Source: Epiperipatus broadwayi
Lineage: Eukaryota > Animalia > Onychophora
Direction: 5' to 3'
Length of the DNA stretch: 64,000 bases
NCBI GenBank assembly: GCA_028023455.1
Contig: JAQFVV010000004.1
Location: forward strand, 21,514,001-21,578,000
Below, piece after piece: positions 50,001 through 64,000 of this stretch (the stretch's first letter is position 1; every line of letters begins with the position of its first letter). Made by a program: the position numbers and the translations under genes. The notes under the pieces were generated by a model. It was not told where the DNA came from. It made no database searches and saw only the letters and a list, made by a program, of their open reading frames with translations.

Positions 50001-51710
50001 CCTGATATTATGTTCTTGGATAGGGCTAGGAATTTCTATTTCTACATTTCTCTTAGCATCACTCATCTTAAAATTTTATTACAGCCTAACAATAATAATT
50101 TTTTATTTTTTATAAATTTCTATTAATTATATTTCATTACAAATTCCTCTTTGGAAACACCACAACAGACTTAACTACCCCCTTTCTAGCAAATCATCAA
50201 ATAAACCTCCATTTCTCAATTGTATCTCAAGATAAAATATTTAAGTAAGTTTTTTCCTATTTTAGGCGAAATGTAAAATTTTAAATCCATTTCACCATTA
50301 ACACATAATTATAACACATTAAATGCTCATATTATAATTTACATGATCTTATCTTGATATATATATATAGTAAATAACAATTTATATCATTTAGTATTAT
50401 TGACAATCGTTCTTCATAACAGGACTTACAATATTTCTCTAAAACACCCATGTCAATAATCACCATATCAATTGGAATAATTATAAAAATATAATCAAAA
50501 TTATTAATTAAATAATTATATCAAATAATCATAGCCACATGGTTAGATAATCTATTCACCTATTCTTGACGTGTGATTATATTATAATCATAGCTATTTT
50601 GGTTAAGCTCCATAAAACTCTAACACTATGCTTTTTATGATAGACATTCACCCAACCTTTTAACCTAATCAGGCCTACATATTTGGATACCATAAAAAGA
50701 GCTGTGACCTAATGGGGTGACAGCCAATCATTATTAATCGTAGATATAAAAAAAATATCTCAGTTTTATAAGATTTCTTTCTTTTTATATAAGAATTCTA
50801 ATAATACCAATCTAAATCGTTTCATGTCTAATATATTCTTATATCAATATTAAATGAATTGTTTAACAATAATCATGAGACTTATTATCCAATCATCTGG
50901 TAAGACAATATTTTTAACTGAGCATATACTAAAAGTATACCCTCAGTGGCACAACTTTAACTCCCCTAAAAATTTAATGATACTCCAATGATTAACAACA
51001 AAATAAGTAAATTATACTGAATATTAAAATTTCCTATGTTAAATTTAAAAATAATATGTAATGGTACGGAAAATAGGGATTAATACACTGAGAATCTTTC
51101 GTAACAATATTCCACAATTGGGTGAGTATTTGTAAAAGTACATTGCCTTAGGGTATAATTGTGAGGAGATGGGAAACCATCATCATCTCCAAATAAAATA
51201 TATAATTTAATATCAAATGAAATAAGCATGAGATCTCACTCCGAGAGATCACTGTGAGATCAACTCAGTTAACTATATTAAGTATGTTAATTATAGGTTC
51301 ACCAGCATTACCCAAAAGTAATAATAACACATTATCATGAATGATCAGCAATAAAATACATCAACAAAATGAGTCAACCTTGCAACTGGATTTGAAATAG
51401 GTCTACTATAGACCAGACTAATTATTTAGCCCTTGCCAGCTTGGGGCAGATTTTTTTAAACATTAATGTGGATGCATAAACTTAAGTGCTAATCCATCAG
51501 AATGTATAACAATAAAAAAATAAGGTTGTATTCTCATCCTTAGTGTTCGCCTTAAGATGGCATTGATGCTAATCGAAAACATATACATATAACGATTCCG
51601 GGCCGGACTTAAATGATCAATTTGATCTAAAAAGATCTTATTTCTTAGATTTGTAATAAAATATTCTACTAACTAATACTATTATATGATGTTAGTTTTT
51701 TTTCATTTTT

Positions 51711-52228
51711 GTAAATGTTTATTAATCTTATCTTGCTTTTGAGTTTGTGTGTGTGTATGTCTTTAAAGTTACGGTGTTTTTCTAATTTTTTTTTTTTTTT
51801 GACTTTACGTGTCTTTTTAAAGTTACGGTCTTTTTTTTTTGCAAGAGTAAATCAATAATTTTATTCAAAAGCAAGACGTAATAAGTAAATGTTTATTAAT
51901 CTTATCTTCTTTTTGAGTTTGTGTATATATGTCTTTAAAGTTACGGGGCTTTTTCGAATTTTTTTTTTTTTGGACTTTAGGTGTGTCTTTTTAAAGTTAC
52001 GATATTTTTTTTGCAAGAGTAAATCAATAATTTGATTCAAAAGCAAGACGTAATAAGTCAATATTTATTAATCTTAGATTGTTTTTGAGTTTGTGTGTGT
52101 ATGTGTTTTTAAAGTTACGGGGCTTTTTCTCATTTTTTTTTTGGGACTTTACGTGTGTCTTTTTTTTTAAAGTTACGGTATTTTTGGTCAAGAGTAAATC
52201 AATCATTTTATTAAAAAAGCAAGAGGTA
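51711..52228. repeat. 3 x about 172-bp tandem repeat inside the TIR element
   Basis: Units start at about 51711, 51885 and 52057; each has two tttaaagttacg subrepeats. Confidence 0.85.
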
Positions 52229-52279
52229 ATTCTAAATCTATCAAAAGTAACGTAATTTATATACTACAATTTAGAATTG

Positions 52280-52800
52280 ATACCCGACTAATATTAGTAA
52301 GGACCGTCATTAAAAGACTCGATTGAAAAATGATACCTGACTAATTTCCATTTTTTTTGGGGGGGTGGGGTAGGGGACAGTAATAAATCAGAAAGTGGGT
52401 TGTTTTTGTTAAGTCTGTCTATATAAAAAGGGTACCGTTATTGAAATACTAAATTTAAAAATGATAGCCGACTAATTTGCGTTTCTTTTGACAGTAATTA
52501 ATCAGAAAGTGGGTTTCTTTTTTTTTTTTTTTGGTAAATCTTGTGTATATATAAAAACAAACAAACCGTAATTCAAAGACTCCATTGAAAAAAATCAAAC
52601 CCCATTGAATTTGCTTTTTTTTTTTAAAGACAGTAATTAATCAGGAACTGGATTGTTTTTGTTAGTATGTAGATATAAAAACTAATCTTATTTTGAAATA
52701 ATAAATGTAACAAAACCAAAAAAAAATAATACCCGACTAATTTTATTTTTCGGACAAGTAATTCCTAATAATTAGACAGTGGGTTGTTTTTGTTTGTGCG
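52280..52800. repeat. About 4 x 115-140-bp degenerate tandem repeat inside the TIR element
   Basis: Recurring cccgactaat...gacagtaattaatcagaaagtggg motifs near 52376, 52490, 52629 and 52753. Confidence 0.7.
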
Positions 52801-53859
52801 TATATATATATATAGCAAAAGTAACTAGTCACGGACAAATTCTTGCGAAAACGGTACTTTTCGCGCAATCCTTTAATTTTTTTCCCTTTTGCACCCTTAA
52901 AAGCAATTTTTGAGGGTTACCCCTTCGTAATGGAATCTTCAGGACATTATTACTAAACTTACAACAGTAAAGTAAGTTACAACACATTAAAAAAAAGAGA
53001 TGTCTTATCAAATTTAAAAAACTACGACTGCTTCAAATACACACACTCTCACCCGAAACTACAGAGAAAATAGATATTCTACTATTAAGAGAAAATGATG
53101 AACAAAATCGACTACTACGGCAGCCGATCAAGGCATTTCTTTCTCTTTGCTTTTAGCATAGACAAAAAGCCTTAACCAGCAGCCGTTGGAACTCTTTCTG
53201 TGTTTTATCATAGAAAGAAGTCTCTTTGTGTTGGCTTCTGTCGGTGCCTCCTCCGTCCAACATAACGTGAGGACTTTTCTGTGTTTATAACATAGAAAAT
53301 TTCCTCTTTGGTTGGGTGAAGGCCGATGAAACTGTATATTTGTAGGAATTTACCTAGAAGTAGCGACATCTTAAGGCAAACACCAAGGATGAGAAAACAA
53401 CCAAAAATAATGCTGGGCTATTAAAACATGATCTTCATCAATGCTTTGGTCACTTAATACCATTAATGTACTGGCCAACTATAAACTTAGTTTCTAATAA
53501 ATGCTAACAAAAATGTAGTACATGGACCTCAAAGTATATTCCCTTTGCACTAATCCAGGATCATCATCAACTGGATACCCATATAGCCCCCTTTTATATA
53601 AAACACCATTATGCATGAATCTAGCTCAGAGAACACAAGCTCTATAACTGTTACTGTGAGTAAGAGATGATGCAACATAATATTCTAAAAACTATTTAGG
53701 ATTGAGTATGTTCACTGAAATAGTTTTAACTATGAAATATGTTTTAATAATAAAAAAATGAAATTAACATCCACAGAATATGGCTATACATATATAAATT
53801 AAGCCTTCTGATTTTTTTAATATACAAGAAAAAAGAAATATGCTATCGCATTGTGATTT

Positions 53860-54200
53860 ACATATATGTTCCAATAGGTTTACATAAAATACCTATATAT
53901 CAGCGCAGACATGTATATTAATTTATGAGCATATTTGAATTGTCATTTAATAATAAAAATTATTATTTTTTACATATGTGTCTACCTGACACAAAATGAT
54001 ATATGTACACGGATGTGCAGTATAATTTATGAACACATCTGAATTGTCATATAATAATAAAAAATATGAATTTTTGCAAATATGTGTCTACCTCACACAC
54101 ATTGATATATGCACACAGATGTGCAATATAATTTATATTATAATACATAATTAATGACTGATTTAACATGTGTGCACATGGAAATGTATGTGCACACTGA
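53860..54200. repeat. About 106-bp tandem repeat (about 3 copies)
   Basis: tatgtgtctacct at 53975 and 54081; gaattgtcat(t/a)taataataaaaa also recurs at about 106-bp spacing. Confidence 0.75.
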
Positions 54201-55103
54201 TTTTATATCATATATTTTAATTTATCAAAATAAAATTATTAAAAAAATATTTGTCACAATTAATTCCATGTTGAAAATAGATGAAGTTTACACTTAATAG
54301 TAAAAGTTTTCCTTTTTTTATTTTAAAAAGTAATATCAATCTTTGACAGGATATCTTTAAAAAATACTCCAGCAAGTTTCTTTGTTTTCCACTCCTGAAA
54401 CGCCTTTGGAGACTACTTTTACTTTTATAAAATATAAAATGGCCTATGAATTAATTCTTAATTTTAGACTTTTAACTCGAGCAAAAATTTACTGATTTTT
54501 TTAAATTCTAGATTTTAAATATTTTTACTAAAGAAATTATTTTAAATATCACTCTCAATATATATAATACTACTCACCAGCTGTGCTTCATATATATACA
54601 TTTATTTATAATCCCTGGATTATAGATAAAATGGCATATGTATAAACTAATTCTTCAGCAAACTTATGGACTTTCTGGGTAAAGTGGTCTCTTCTAAACA
54701 GCAGACTGACTTAGAGTCATCATTGGGAAAGGTATAATTCAGGTAACTTATGTCATTCAATTGGCTTCTAAGTCTAGGATTCGATAGACATTAGGCAAGC
54801 TATCCTGTACAATGTTAGCTATGGGGAAAGCAGAAAAGCTGGGTCTTGCTTCTAGGTGAATACTCCAACATCATGAACTAGTAGCAGTTGGATTCACCGT
54901 CCTTTGCATTTAGTTATTTCTTCATGGTAGTTCTTTCATAATCTGTAAACTCTAAGAACTCTTAAAAACTACCTCTAATTTTTTTAATTCTTTTATAATC
55001 AGGGTGTGGGAAAAAGTACATTAATTAAAAATGTTTTTCCTATTTTTATTGAAAAAAGTTAATGATTCTTTTCAATTTACTTTAATCCTTTAAAAAACAC
55101 TTT

Positions 55104-55224
55104 GTGGAATTTTATCAAAATATGTTATACAAGCATTGCTTTAAAATATTTCTAAAATATATAGTGGAATTTTATCAAAATATGTTATACAAGCTTTACT
55201 TTAAAAAAATTTCTAAAATAGATA
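55104..55224. repeat. 2 x 60-bp tandem duplication
   Basis: gtggaattttatcaaaatatgttatacaagc at 55104 and 55164. Confidence 0.85.
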
Positions 55225-56269
55225 GTATAATTTTATAATTACCAGGATGTCTATTGTAAAATAAAAAACATATTTGTTTTATTTTCAAAATCAGAATTAA
55301 TAAAATATTAATTACATCTTTTTTAAGTGTTCAATTTATGATAAAAAAATTTAAATTCAAAATTATTTATTAGTTTACTGTTATTCCAATATACTTCAGA
55401 AAATATCTACAAAAAAAATTGACTACTTGCTTCTACTTTTCCTTTCAAATTTATATATATATGTGTGTGTGCACACACACACTACTATGTTATTGAATGT
55501 CATGAAAGTCATAATGGTTGCAAATAATATAATATAATACTTATCTACTTATAAAAATTATTTTATACCACTCACTAACATTTCTTAAATAAATAAACAT
55601 TTCAGGTAAATATTGTTTCTTACATGGATAAGTTAATCCACAACTAAATGTAGAGGGATTTTACTTACATCCAGCTACAATTAAAATAATTAAGAAACAA
55701 ATATGACAATCACTTTCTCACCTATAAACTAATTAACTAATTTTTCTTATAAATTGATTATTAAAAAAACATTAATTACCATAGCCAAAATAATTTACAA
55801 TCACAATGGATTTTGATTCAATTATTCCTCTTCTTGTATGGCATATTAATTACTCAACTCTTCACTAAAATCATTAACAATAATGTAGAAAATGTAAATT
55901 AATTAATATTTTTAAATACAATATCAAATATCTTGAATAATCATATTTTTTCTTAATCAGTTATCTTGTTTAAAATTATGTGCAACAATTCCAAATATAT
56001 TCAATCACTATAAGATATGTATGGCAAGAATGATTAACAATATCTGGGGAACAGGAAGTGAAATTTATCAACCCTTTATAAATTTAAAACAAACATTAAC
56101 ATTCATTATAGTAAAATTATACAAAATTAAAAATAATTTACAAATATCTTAGTTCTAATGAACAATATTTAAAATACTATAACAAAACTTTACAAAATAA
56201 AATTAACTAAGTTATTATTACAAACTAAAATAATTCATACTTCAATTAAAAAGTAAATTAACATATTTC

Positions 56270-57720
56270 AGCAAAATTCTTCATCTTTATGGTGTATATA
56301 AAATCCATACACTATGTTCCATTAAGACTTACTGTTAGTTCCAAAAATTTAGTTTGCCAAAATTTGTCAAGATTTTTTTTCAAAGTTCTTGGTTCTTTGG
56401 CATACAAAAAAAAACAGACTTTTGTCAGGGAGTTTAAATATTTTGTGAAATTAATCAAGAATATGAAAATTAAAAAAAAATTGACATAATGGTAAGCTTT
56501 GATGTGGAAAGTTTTTTCACAAATGTGTCTTGTGAAGAAGCATTGTCTATTGTAAGGAAAAGATTAAATGATGATAATAGCTTACAAACTAAAACAGTTC
56601 TTTCTATTGATAGTATAATAGAACTATTAACATTCTGCATAATAACATATTTTCATTAAAACTCAGAATTTTTCGAACAAAATCAAGGAATGGCTATGGG
56701 CTCACCATTGCCACCCCTGATTAGCAATATTTTCATGGAAGAACTTGAAACCACAGCCATAAAGATTACACATCCACCTAAAGTTTGGCTTATATTCGTT
56801 GAATGGCAACATGGTGAAGCACTCTTACAAATATTCTGAATACCCTTCAACATGCTCTCTTCAATTAAATTCTCAATAGAATCAGAACAAGAATAGGTGT
56901 TTTTATAACAAAACTCTCTAACAGCAAAATAAAAAACTAGTTTTAAGAAAACCTGAACATACAGGAAAATATTTAGCATATATTTCCAATTACACCAAAA
57001 ACATGGAATTCGATTATCACTACAGAAAAGAGCAATAGAAGTTTGTTCAGAAACTAGTGATTTAAAAAAAGGAAAGATCAATATAGAACAAACTATTATG
57101 ATAAATGTTTTTCCATCAGCTGTTATTAAGAAAATCTTAAATAGACAACAAAAAGAATCATCAAAAGAAAAAAACAATTATTGGTACTGAAGTATATTCA
57201 TACATACCAGAAATAGCAGATTAACTAAAGAAAATCTGCAATCAATATAATGCCAGAACAGTTTTCCAGAGCCTTATCACATTAAGAGGAATTCTAACAT
57301 CTACAAATCTTAAACTTGAAGTGCTGAAAAACAAAAATGTCATCTATGGAATATAATGTGGATGTGGAAAAATGTATATTGGTGAGATCAGTTGTTCCAC
57401 TGAAAAGGAATTGATAGAGCACAAACTGATTATTAGAAAAGAGAAAACAAATGTATCTAAAGTATCAGGCCATGTCTGTATTAATAAACATATGTTTAAT
57501 TGGAAATATTGAATAGAGAGAAAAAGGTACAAAGAAGAAAATTCAAAGAAGCTGCTCACATGATAATGGCAAATAACACCGTAAGTCAAACTAGTGTGAT
57601 TATACATAGTATTTGGAAGCTGCTAATTAACTATGCTCTTAGGAAAATATGGAGAAATCAGAAGGAATCTCATAGATAAGTCTGTGAAATTTCTACTAAC
57701 TGTTACCCTTTGAAGAATGG
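56270..57720 (+). pseudogene. Decayed Penelope-like element (RT plus GIY-YIG)
   Basis: LYGVYKIH..VPLR, MVSFDVESFFTNV, GMAMGSPL.PLISNIFMEELE, and KNVIYGI*CGCGKMYIGE. Many stops and frameshifts; the YxDD segment is deleted. Confidence 0.88.
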
Positions 57721-58498
57721 CTTAGTTATAACATTCTCTTAATATTCAATATTCAAGAATCTAAAGTTCCAGGTTCAATTCATGTGCTAGTATTGTCATT
57801 GGTCAGGCCAGAAATACTTGAAGGGAAAATACCATTTGAAAGTTTGAATGTAAACTAACCTATCTGCTATTACTCACATTCAAATGTAATTGGAAAATGT
57901 AAATGAAGTTTACAATTTTGACTAAAGACATTTAATATTTAATGTTAGATGATAGAAATAATCCATTGTATAAATACAACTAGCATGCTATTATCACAAA
58001 CCTTCAGGCAAACATTGTTTACAAACTGTTCTTTATATATCAATTCATGAAGATTCTGAATAATCATTATTAAAATATCATCAAAATATAAAATTGCATC
58101 TTCCATTAATTAGAATAATGATATCTATTTTGGTCTAAAAATATTTGGAATCATGATCTTTAAAGACAAATTTGTTATAAGTAAAACAATGCAAAGTGTG
58201 TGGTCTATTAGTACCTCTGCCAATTTTTCTTTATAGGAATTTTGTGAAAAGTGACATTGAAATCATGTTTATTAGCCAATTTTTCCATCATTGCTAAAAC
58301 TTCATATGTAGGAATATCCATTTATTTAACTATCAATATTAATAACAAAAGAATGACCAATTTTAATACTATACTGGTATAAGAGCATCTTTTTAAAACA
58401 GATTTTAATGCATTTTCTATCTTTATTCATCATGTGAAAAAACATCTTATAAAGTTTATACATTTTGTCTTTTCCCATAAATCCCTTTCTACAGTATA

Positions 58499-58831
58499 GA
58501 GTTGATCTTATCCCTATCCTTATTAAACAAGGATGAAACTTTATTCATCTTATTCTGTTCCTTGTTAAATGATTATGAAAATTTATTTCTTTGCTAATAA
58601 TAATCTTTTTCATTATATAAATTCTAATGACAAAAGAACTAAATAATTTTCTCTTATTAATCTCTTTCTGCAGATGCGGAGTTGATCTTATCTCAGTCCT
58701 TACTAAACAGGGATAAAACTCTATTAATCTTATTGTTCTTTACTAAATGATTATAAACATTTATTTCTTTGTCAATAGTAATCTTTTTTTATTACACAAG
58801 TTACAATGACAAGAGAACTAAATAATTTTCT
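58499..58831. repeat. 2 x 180-bp diverged tandem duplication
   Basis: gagttgatctta at 58499 and 58679, colinear to gaactaaataattttct. Confidence 0.8.
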
Positions 58832-61519
58832 TCAATTATTGGATTTATATTGCCCTGGGATATTATATAATGGCAGAGTTCTAATCTTAATTGATATTTC
58901 AATGATTCCTATTATTTTAGCTAGATTTCTATTTGCAGCATATACTTTAAGAATAATCATGTTCATTCTTGGAGGATTTAGATGATTGAAGATTAATAAC
59001 TTTCAGATTTTGCAGATTAATAGAATTCTTCTCTATTGTTGATTTCCAATGCCACAGCTTTTGAAACAGAATTATTTGACAAGTACTCAATATTCATGCA
59101 CCATTTACATAATCATAATTTTATGGTTTTATTTTTTTCCCTTGTGATAATGGACACGATGACATTTCTCTTTTTATTTCTAAAACATATCTTGACTATG
59201 TGACTTTATGCTTCATATGGTTTGCAGAGATCATTACTCCATTTCAAGCCTACAAAGCAATATCATTTAATTCCTAACTTGTTTTACATTCACTCAATTC
59301 AGCAATTTTTAGATTTATGTTCAAACTGTTTGTTAAGATCTTGAATATGCTGATTCCATGTTGTTTTGATTGCCTTGTAATTAATTTGCTTGCTATTCTG
59401 TGTATTATGACTTTATTACAAATTCATTAGTAAGAAATTGTTGCTTTAACTTATCCATCATTAACCATAAGAAGTTCTTAATCAAGAATTAAACTCCCAG
59501 AGTCATTCACTTGGCTGGGCATCTATGTGGAAATGTAACAGTGTGATATCTTAAATGACTGTGGTATTATTGATGTTTAAATTATATTCACTTATGACAT
59601 TTCTCGCAATTACTCTAGGGATAAGAAATGTATATCTGATTCAATTAAGTTTTAGTTATGTGTATCAATTTCTCTTTAAAGATACAATTATCTGTTTGAT
59701 CATTCCAATTCACTAGGCTAGATTTCTATTTTGGTGGTTATTTGTATTTTGTTTCACGCAGTTTTCAAAAACTATGCCAATAGGCTATATCTGGGATATA
59801 ATGGACTTACCAGAGGTTGATTTAGTCATGATTTGCTAATTGTTTACTATTATATAATGAACAAGTATGAGCCAGACAAGCTTTAATAAAAATAATCATT
59901 ACTTAAATAGATGAATGCATAGAAGTCAATCAGTTAAATTATATTTAATTTGTTGAACGACTTATAATAGAAATACAATTGCTCTCAAAATATTGCAACA
60001 TCTATACAGTGATTACCAATAACATAGGTAAATCAATAATTAATATTTTACATGTGCCACATGTAATTACAGTTTTAGAGAAAACATTAGAGAACATAAT
60101 TGCAAGCAAAATCTGAAAGCTTACATAAATACAAATATCAGTGACCCACAAGTTTTTACTTAATTCTGCTTTTTACATCTAAAGAGCTAGAATTCTTTAG
60201 ATCAAAAAGGTCATAGAAAGAAAAAAGATGCAAGTGCAATTAACTTGGGAGTTTATATCCTCTCAACTCATTATTCTGTGGAATGCAAGAGTGGCCCAAT
60301 CAAGGTTTGCTCATAAAATCAGTCCATTTCTGATAATTGCATACATTTATTATGAATATGTATTTTGACTCATTTTGAAACAGTATTTATTCTACATGCC
60401 TTTACATTTAATATTCTCACTTTTAATTTTTAATAGGCATCTGGGTATTCTTTACAATAAACATTTAACATAATATATTTTTATATTACACACTTCATTT
60501 GTGTTCTTTTACAATAAAAAAAGTCCATACATTTAATTTCGGGAAAAATTGTGATAAGAAAAACAGATTTATCTTAAAAGATAAGGTGCTTTAAGTTTAG
60601 AAGCTTAAGACTGAAAAGGTATATGAATTAAAAGTTATCTTTTTTACATGTGTAAGTTTGAATATTCATTGTGAAGATATCTTGCTCAGCTTAAACTTCA
60701 TCTGAATTCCACTATGTTTATGCAGAAATTAGATGGTGTGAATTGAGATCAAATATTTTTTCATTTTAAGCATTATTGATTATAAAATTGTGACAAATTA
60801 TCATGATACAGCCATAGCTATCAATATTAAAATGTGAATAAATCATTCTAACTTCTTTGGCCTTCTCATCATCATCAGTGAGCTATTAGCTACCCTTTTT
60901 TCATTCCTCATCAAGTTTTTTTTTGTGTGGCCATCATCATACTATATATTATTGATCCTAACTAAATCAGTATGACCGTAAGACTCTTCTAGGATCAATA
61001 GAGAGAAATAAATAAATAAATACTCATGTATAAAAACTGAATACAGTTATCATTTGTACAGAAAATGAATTAATAGTAATAGTAAATATAATTTTAATAA
61101 GACTTAATGAAGAAGAAATAAACAATTATAGTTACAAAATACATAAAAAAAACAAACCAACTCAAATATATGGAATATAATATGATAATAAATTTATTAT
61201 GTATTTCTTAAATGCATATTAACAAAAGTTATAGCATTTTATAATTAATAATTTTATCTACTATTAATAATTAAATAATGATTACATTATCTGATTTCTA
61301 TTTTAAAAGTTAATCGTTTGATTCTAATGATATCAAAGACAATAAAAGTATTTAAAACTATTCTCTTTATTAAATCTTTTATTATTAATAGCTTCTTTGA
61401 TTTTTTATTATTTATTCTCATTAATTAATATTGATTTATAAATTAATGTTCATTAAATTACATTCTTCATCACTGTCAATAATTTCAAGTATTACCAACT
61501 CACTGTAAGATGAACTGTT

Positions 61520-62880
61520 CAAGGTTTAAAGCAATTTCTTAATCTGTAGCCTCTCTTCTACACATTACTTCACTAAACTTATTTATTTCATCCATTCATC
61601 TCACATGTGGTCTTTTATAATTTTTTGGGATCCATTTAAAACTTCAACTGTTTTATCTATGATCATCTCCTAGCAATATATCCAGCCCAGCACCATTCCA
61701 GTCTCTTAATTCTTTCAATGATGTCAGTGATAAACATTTATTTCCTTACTTATGTGTTTCATTTTTGATCTCTTTTTATTCTAACATACACTTTCAGTAT
61801 TTTGTTGAGAGGGCTAAAGTCTTTGTACTGCTCTTCTGTTAAGTTTCTAAGTTTTCAAATCCACAAATAAGAACTGGTAAAACAAAACACAGTCATATCT
61901 ATCTATCTATATTAATAATCTGACCAAAATATTTGTAGTTGTTAACTGCTTTTAATTCATCATTATCAATCTTTATTTTCTTTTGAGAAAATCCATTGAA
62001 CATTCCTTTAATATTTATAGTATTTATCTTTAGTCCTACTTTCTTATTTTCATCTGACAATACTTGCAACATTTCCTGAAGCTCTGAAGCATTAATGGCA
62101 AAAACAATTACATCTTCTGGAAAAAGTGGATGGCTTAAATAATTTCTATTTAGTTTTATACCTTTAGCTTTCCAATTTAATCTACAAAATATTTATTATA
62201 AAACTGCTGTAAAAAAGTCTGGAAATATAATCACACTGTCCTAGATATTTCTCAACATTAATCTTCTTAGTACCACAATATACTTAATGCGTTTGCAATT
62301 TGATAATATAACATTATCTTGACGATCCAATGCATTGAAAGCAAAATAATTCATATTAATTGGTTCTTTCTATAATTTCTCTCAATACTTGGATGTGATC
62401 CACTGTGTTAAAAACATTATTTGTTGTTTAAAATCCAAAATTCACTGTAAATAAGTTGTAATTATCTAAGTAAAAAATTTGTAGAGAACAAATGCAAGAC
62501 ATTTAATAGGCAGGTAATTTCTAATATTATCTTTCTCACTTTTCTTAAACATTAATATTCCTATTACATTCTTCCAATCACCTTGTACACTTTTATCATT
62601 TATATATTGGATATACAATTTTGTCAACAATTTTGCTATTTTTTCATCTGCATCTTTTAAGATATTGGCTATAATTCCATGATTTTCTGGAGTTTTTCTC
62701 TCCTTTATAGATTTAGTTGCATGTTTCACTTCTTCAATTAAAATGCTGGGCAGTTCAGAAGATGTAGTAATTGTAGAGGATAATTTTGTTCTTTAGTACT
62801 ATATAATTCTTTATATAACTTTCTACACATTTCATGATATCATCTCTCTTTTTAGTAATAATTTCATCTTATCTTCTTAT
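61520..62880 (-). pseudogene. RTE-clade LINE ORF2 relic
   Basis: KTPENHGIIANILKDADEKIAKLLTKLY...DWKNVIGILMFKKSEKDNIRNYLPI (RT start), then KVGLKIN and the C-terminal WCWAGYIARR typical of RTE/BovB. Heavily mutated. Confidence 0.8.
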
Positions 62881-64000
62881 TGCAAAAATAAGTTTTCTAT
62901 CAATACCAAGATGTTTTACACTGTCCTTGCTAATTCACAATTATATTTTCTTATATTTTTATAAATTATATAAATAAGAAAAATATCATATGTATACATA
63001 TATATTAATATTACATATATATTAATAATATTATAATTAATTTTATTTATCAAAAGAAAAGAAAAAAAGAAGAGTTGATATTCCTTATATAAAAAAAACT
63101 ACAGACAACAATGGACATATTCTATGACACTATAATATAAATAAAACATATACCACTCATCAAAAAATTAATAGCATTATAATCAAGCCTAAAGATTCAA
63201 TCCCTCTTGAAGCACATAGCATTTATAAAATTCCACACATTTATAAAGCTTCTTATAGAAGCATGAATAAACATTGCATCAATGCTAGAAGAGATGAACA
63301 TATTAATGCAATTAAAAAACACTCATCATCAGCAGCACTATCTTTTCATGCTATAAATACAGGCATAATATTGATTTTTCTAATAACAGAATATATGTGA
63401 CACTCTTCAACAAGTCACACCAGAGAAACCATTGGGATCTTTAAAAGTTTAGAATGTATCAACAAACATGATGAAACATGCTAATTACTTTCTATTTGAA
63501 ATTTTTTAAAAGTCATTAATCTAAATAATTTTTCATAATTATTATTTCTATTTTCTATTAATAGAATGTTCATTATTGTTATACATCAGTGTTTACAGCA
63601 CCTCTACGATTATTTTCTAATATTTATTACACAGTTAATGATCAGTGTGATCTGGTTGAAATATTGGTTTATAAATATATAAAAAAAATTGTACATGTAT
63701 GTGCCCTGATAATATTTAATTTATATCTGCAGCCTGTGGAAATCTTCAATTTAATATATATTAATAATTATATATAAAAAGCCATTTTCAGCACAGATTT
63801 TTATACCTTTTCAAAGGTTAAACCTCTATTTTAACATTAACCTATTATTGCGTTAATAATAATATTATTGCAATAATAGGTTAAAGTTAAACGCATGGTT
63901 AACATTTGAAAAAGTCATAAAACCATATGCTGAAAAAGGCTTTTTATTTATAATTATTAATATATATATATATATAGTTGTTATATATTTTTTTGTTATT

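Larger units (their letters stand above)
51524..53402. mobile_element. Non-autonomous TIR DNA transposon (1.9 kb); superfamily uncertain
   Basis: About 36-bp imperfect TIRs ggttgtattctcatccttagtgttcgccttaagatg / catcttaaggcaaacaccaaggatgagaaaacaacc, 8-bp TSD aaaaataa (51516-51523 / 53403-53410). No transposase. Confidence 0.7.

Noticed and set aside
50153-50162. tRNA-Val PBS (TGGTGTTTCC, minus strand) upstream of the gag-like ORF
   Set aside because: Only a 10-nt match, and no LTR ending in CA immediately upstream.
56683-57177. 164-aa minus-strand ORF
   Set aside because: Antisense to the Penelope RT relic.
57700-57740. HHR in the pLTR of the old Penelope relic (TTGAAGAATGGC...)
   Set aside because: No GAAA box or helix II partner remains.

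Overview
Very AT-rich, CpG-depleted eukaryotic (invertebrate, probably arthropod-like) genomic DNA with no confidently identifiable intact host gene. The window is mostly nested transposable elements. It contains: a young 2.15-kb Penelope-like (PLE) foldback with two intact GIY-YIG endonuclease ORFs and a minimal hammerhead ribozyme (HHR) in each arm; an older PLE RT/GIY-YIG relic; a non-autonomous LTR retrotransposon (about 1.1-1.2 kb LTRs, tRNA-Pro PBS, PPT, gag-like relic) present as one + copy and a tandem - array joined tail-to-tail; two LINE RT relics; a Merlin deletion derivative; a hAT MITE; a 1.9-kb TIR element; two tRNA-derived SINEs; and a processed RPS16 pseudogene. The main finding is two sequence-unrelated families of non-coding tandem repeats (about 445 and 470-480 bp) that carry type I minimal hammerhead ribozymes (retrozyme-like). 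All five insertions share one architecture: two oppositely oriented arms with 3' ends pointing outward, one arm 40-60 nt longer than the other. In the four insertions that retain a ribozyme, the short end lies about 110-120 nt downstream of the cleavage site. This resembles PLE insertions and suggests parasites mobilised in trans by Penelope machinery. All coordinates and alignments were read by eye, and ribozyme activity is inferred, not tested.
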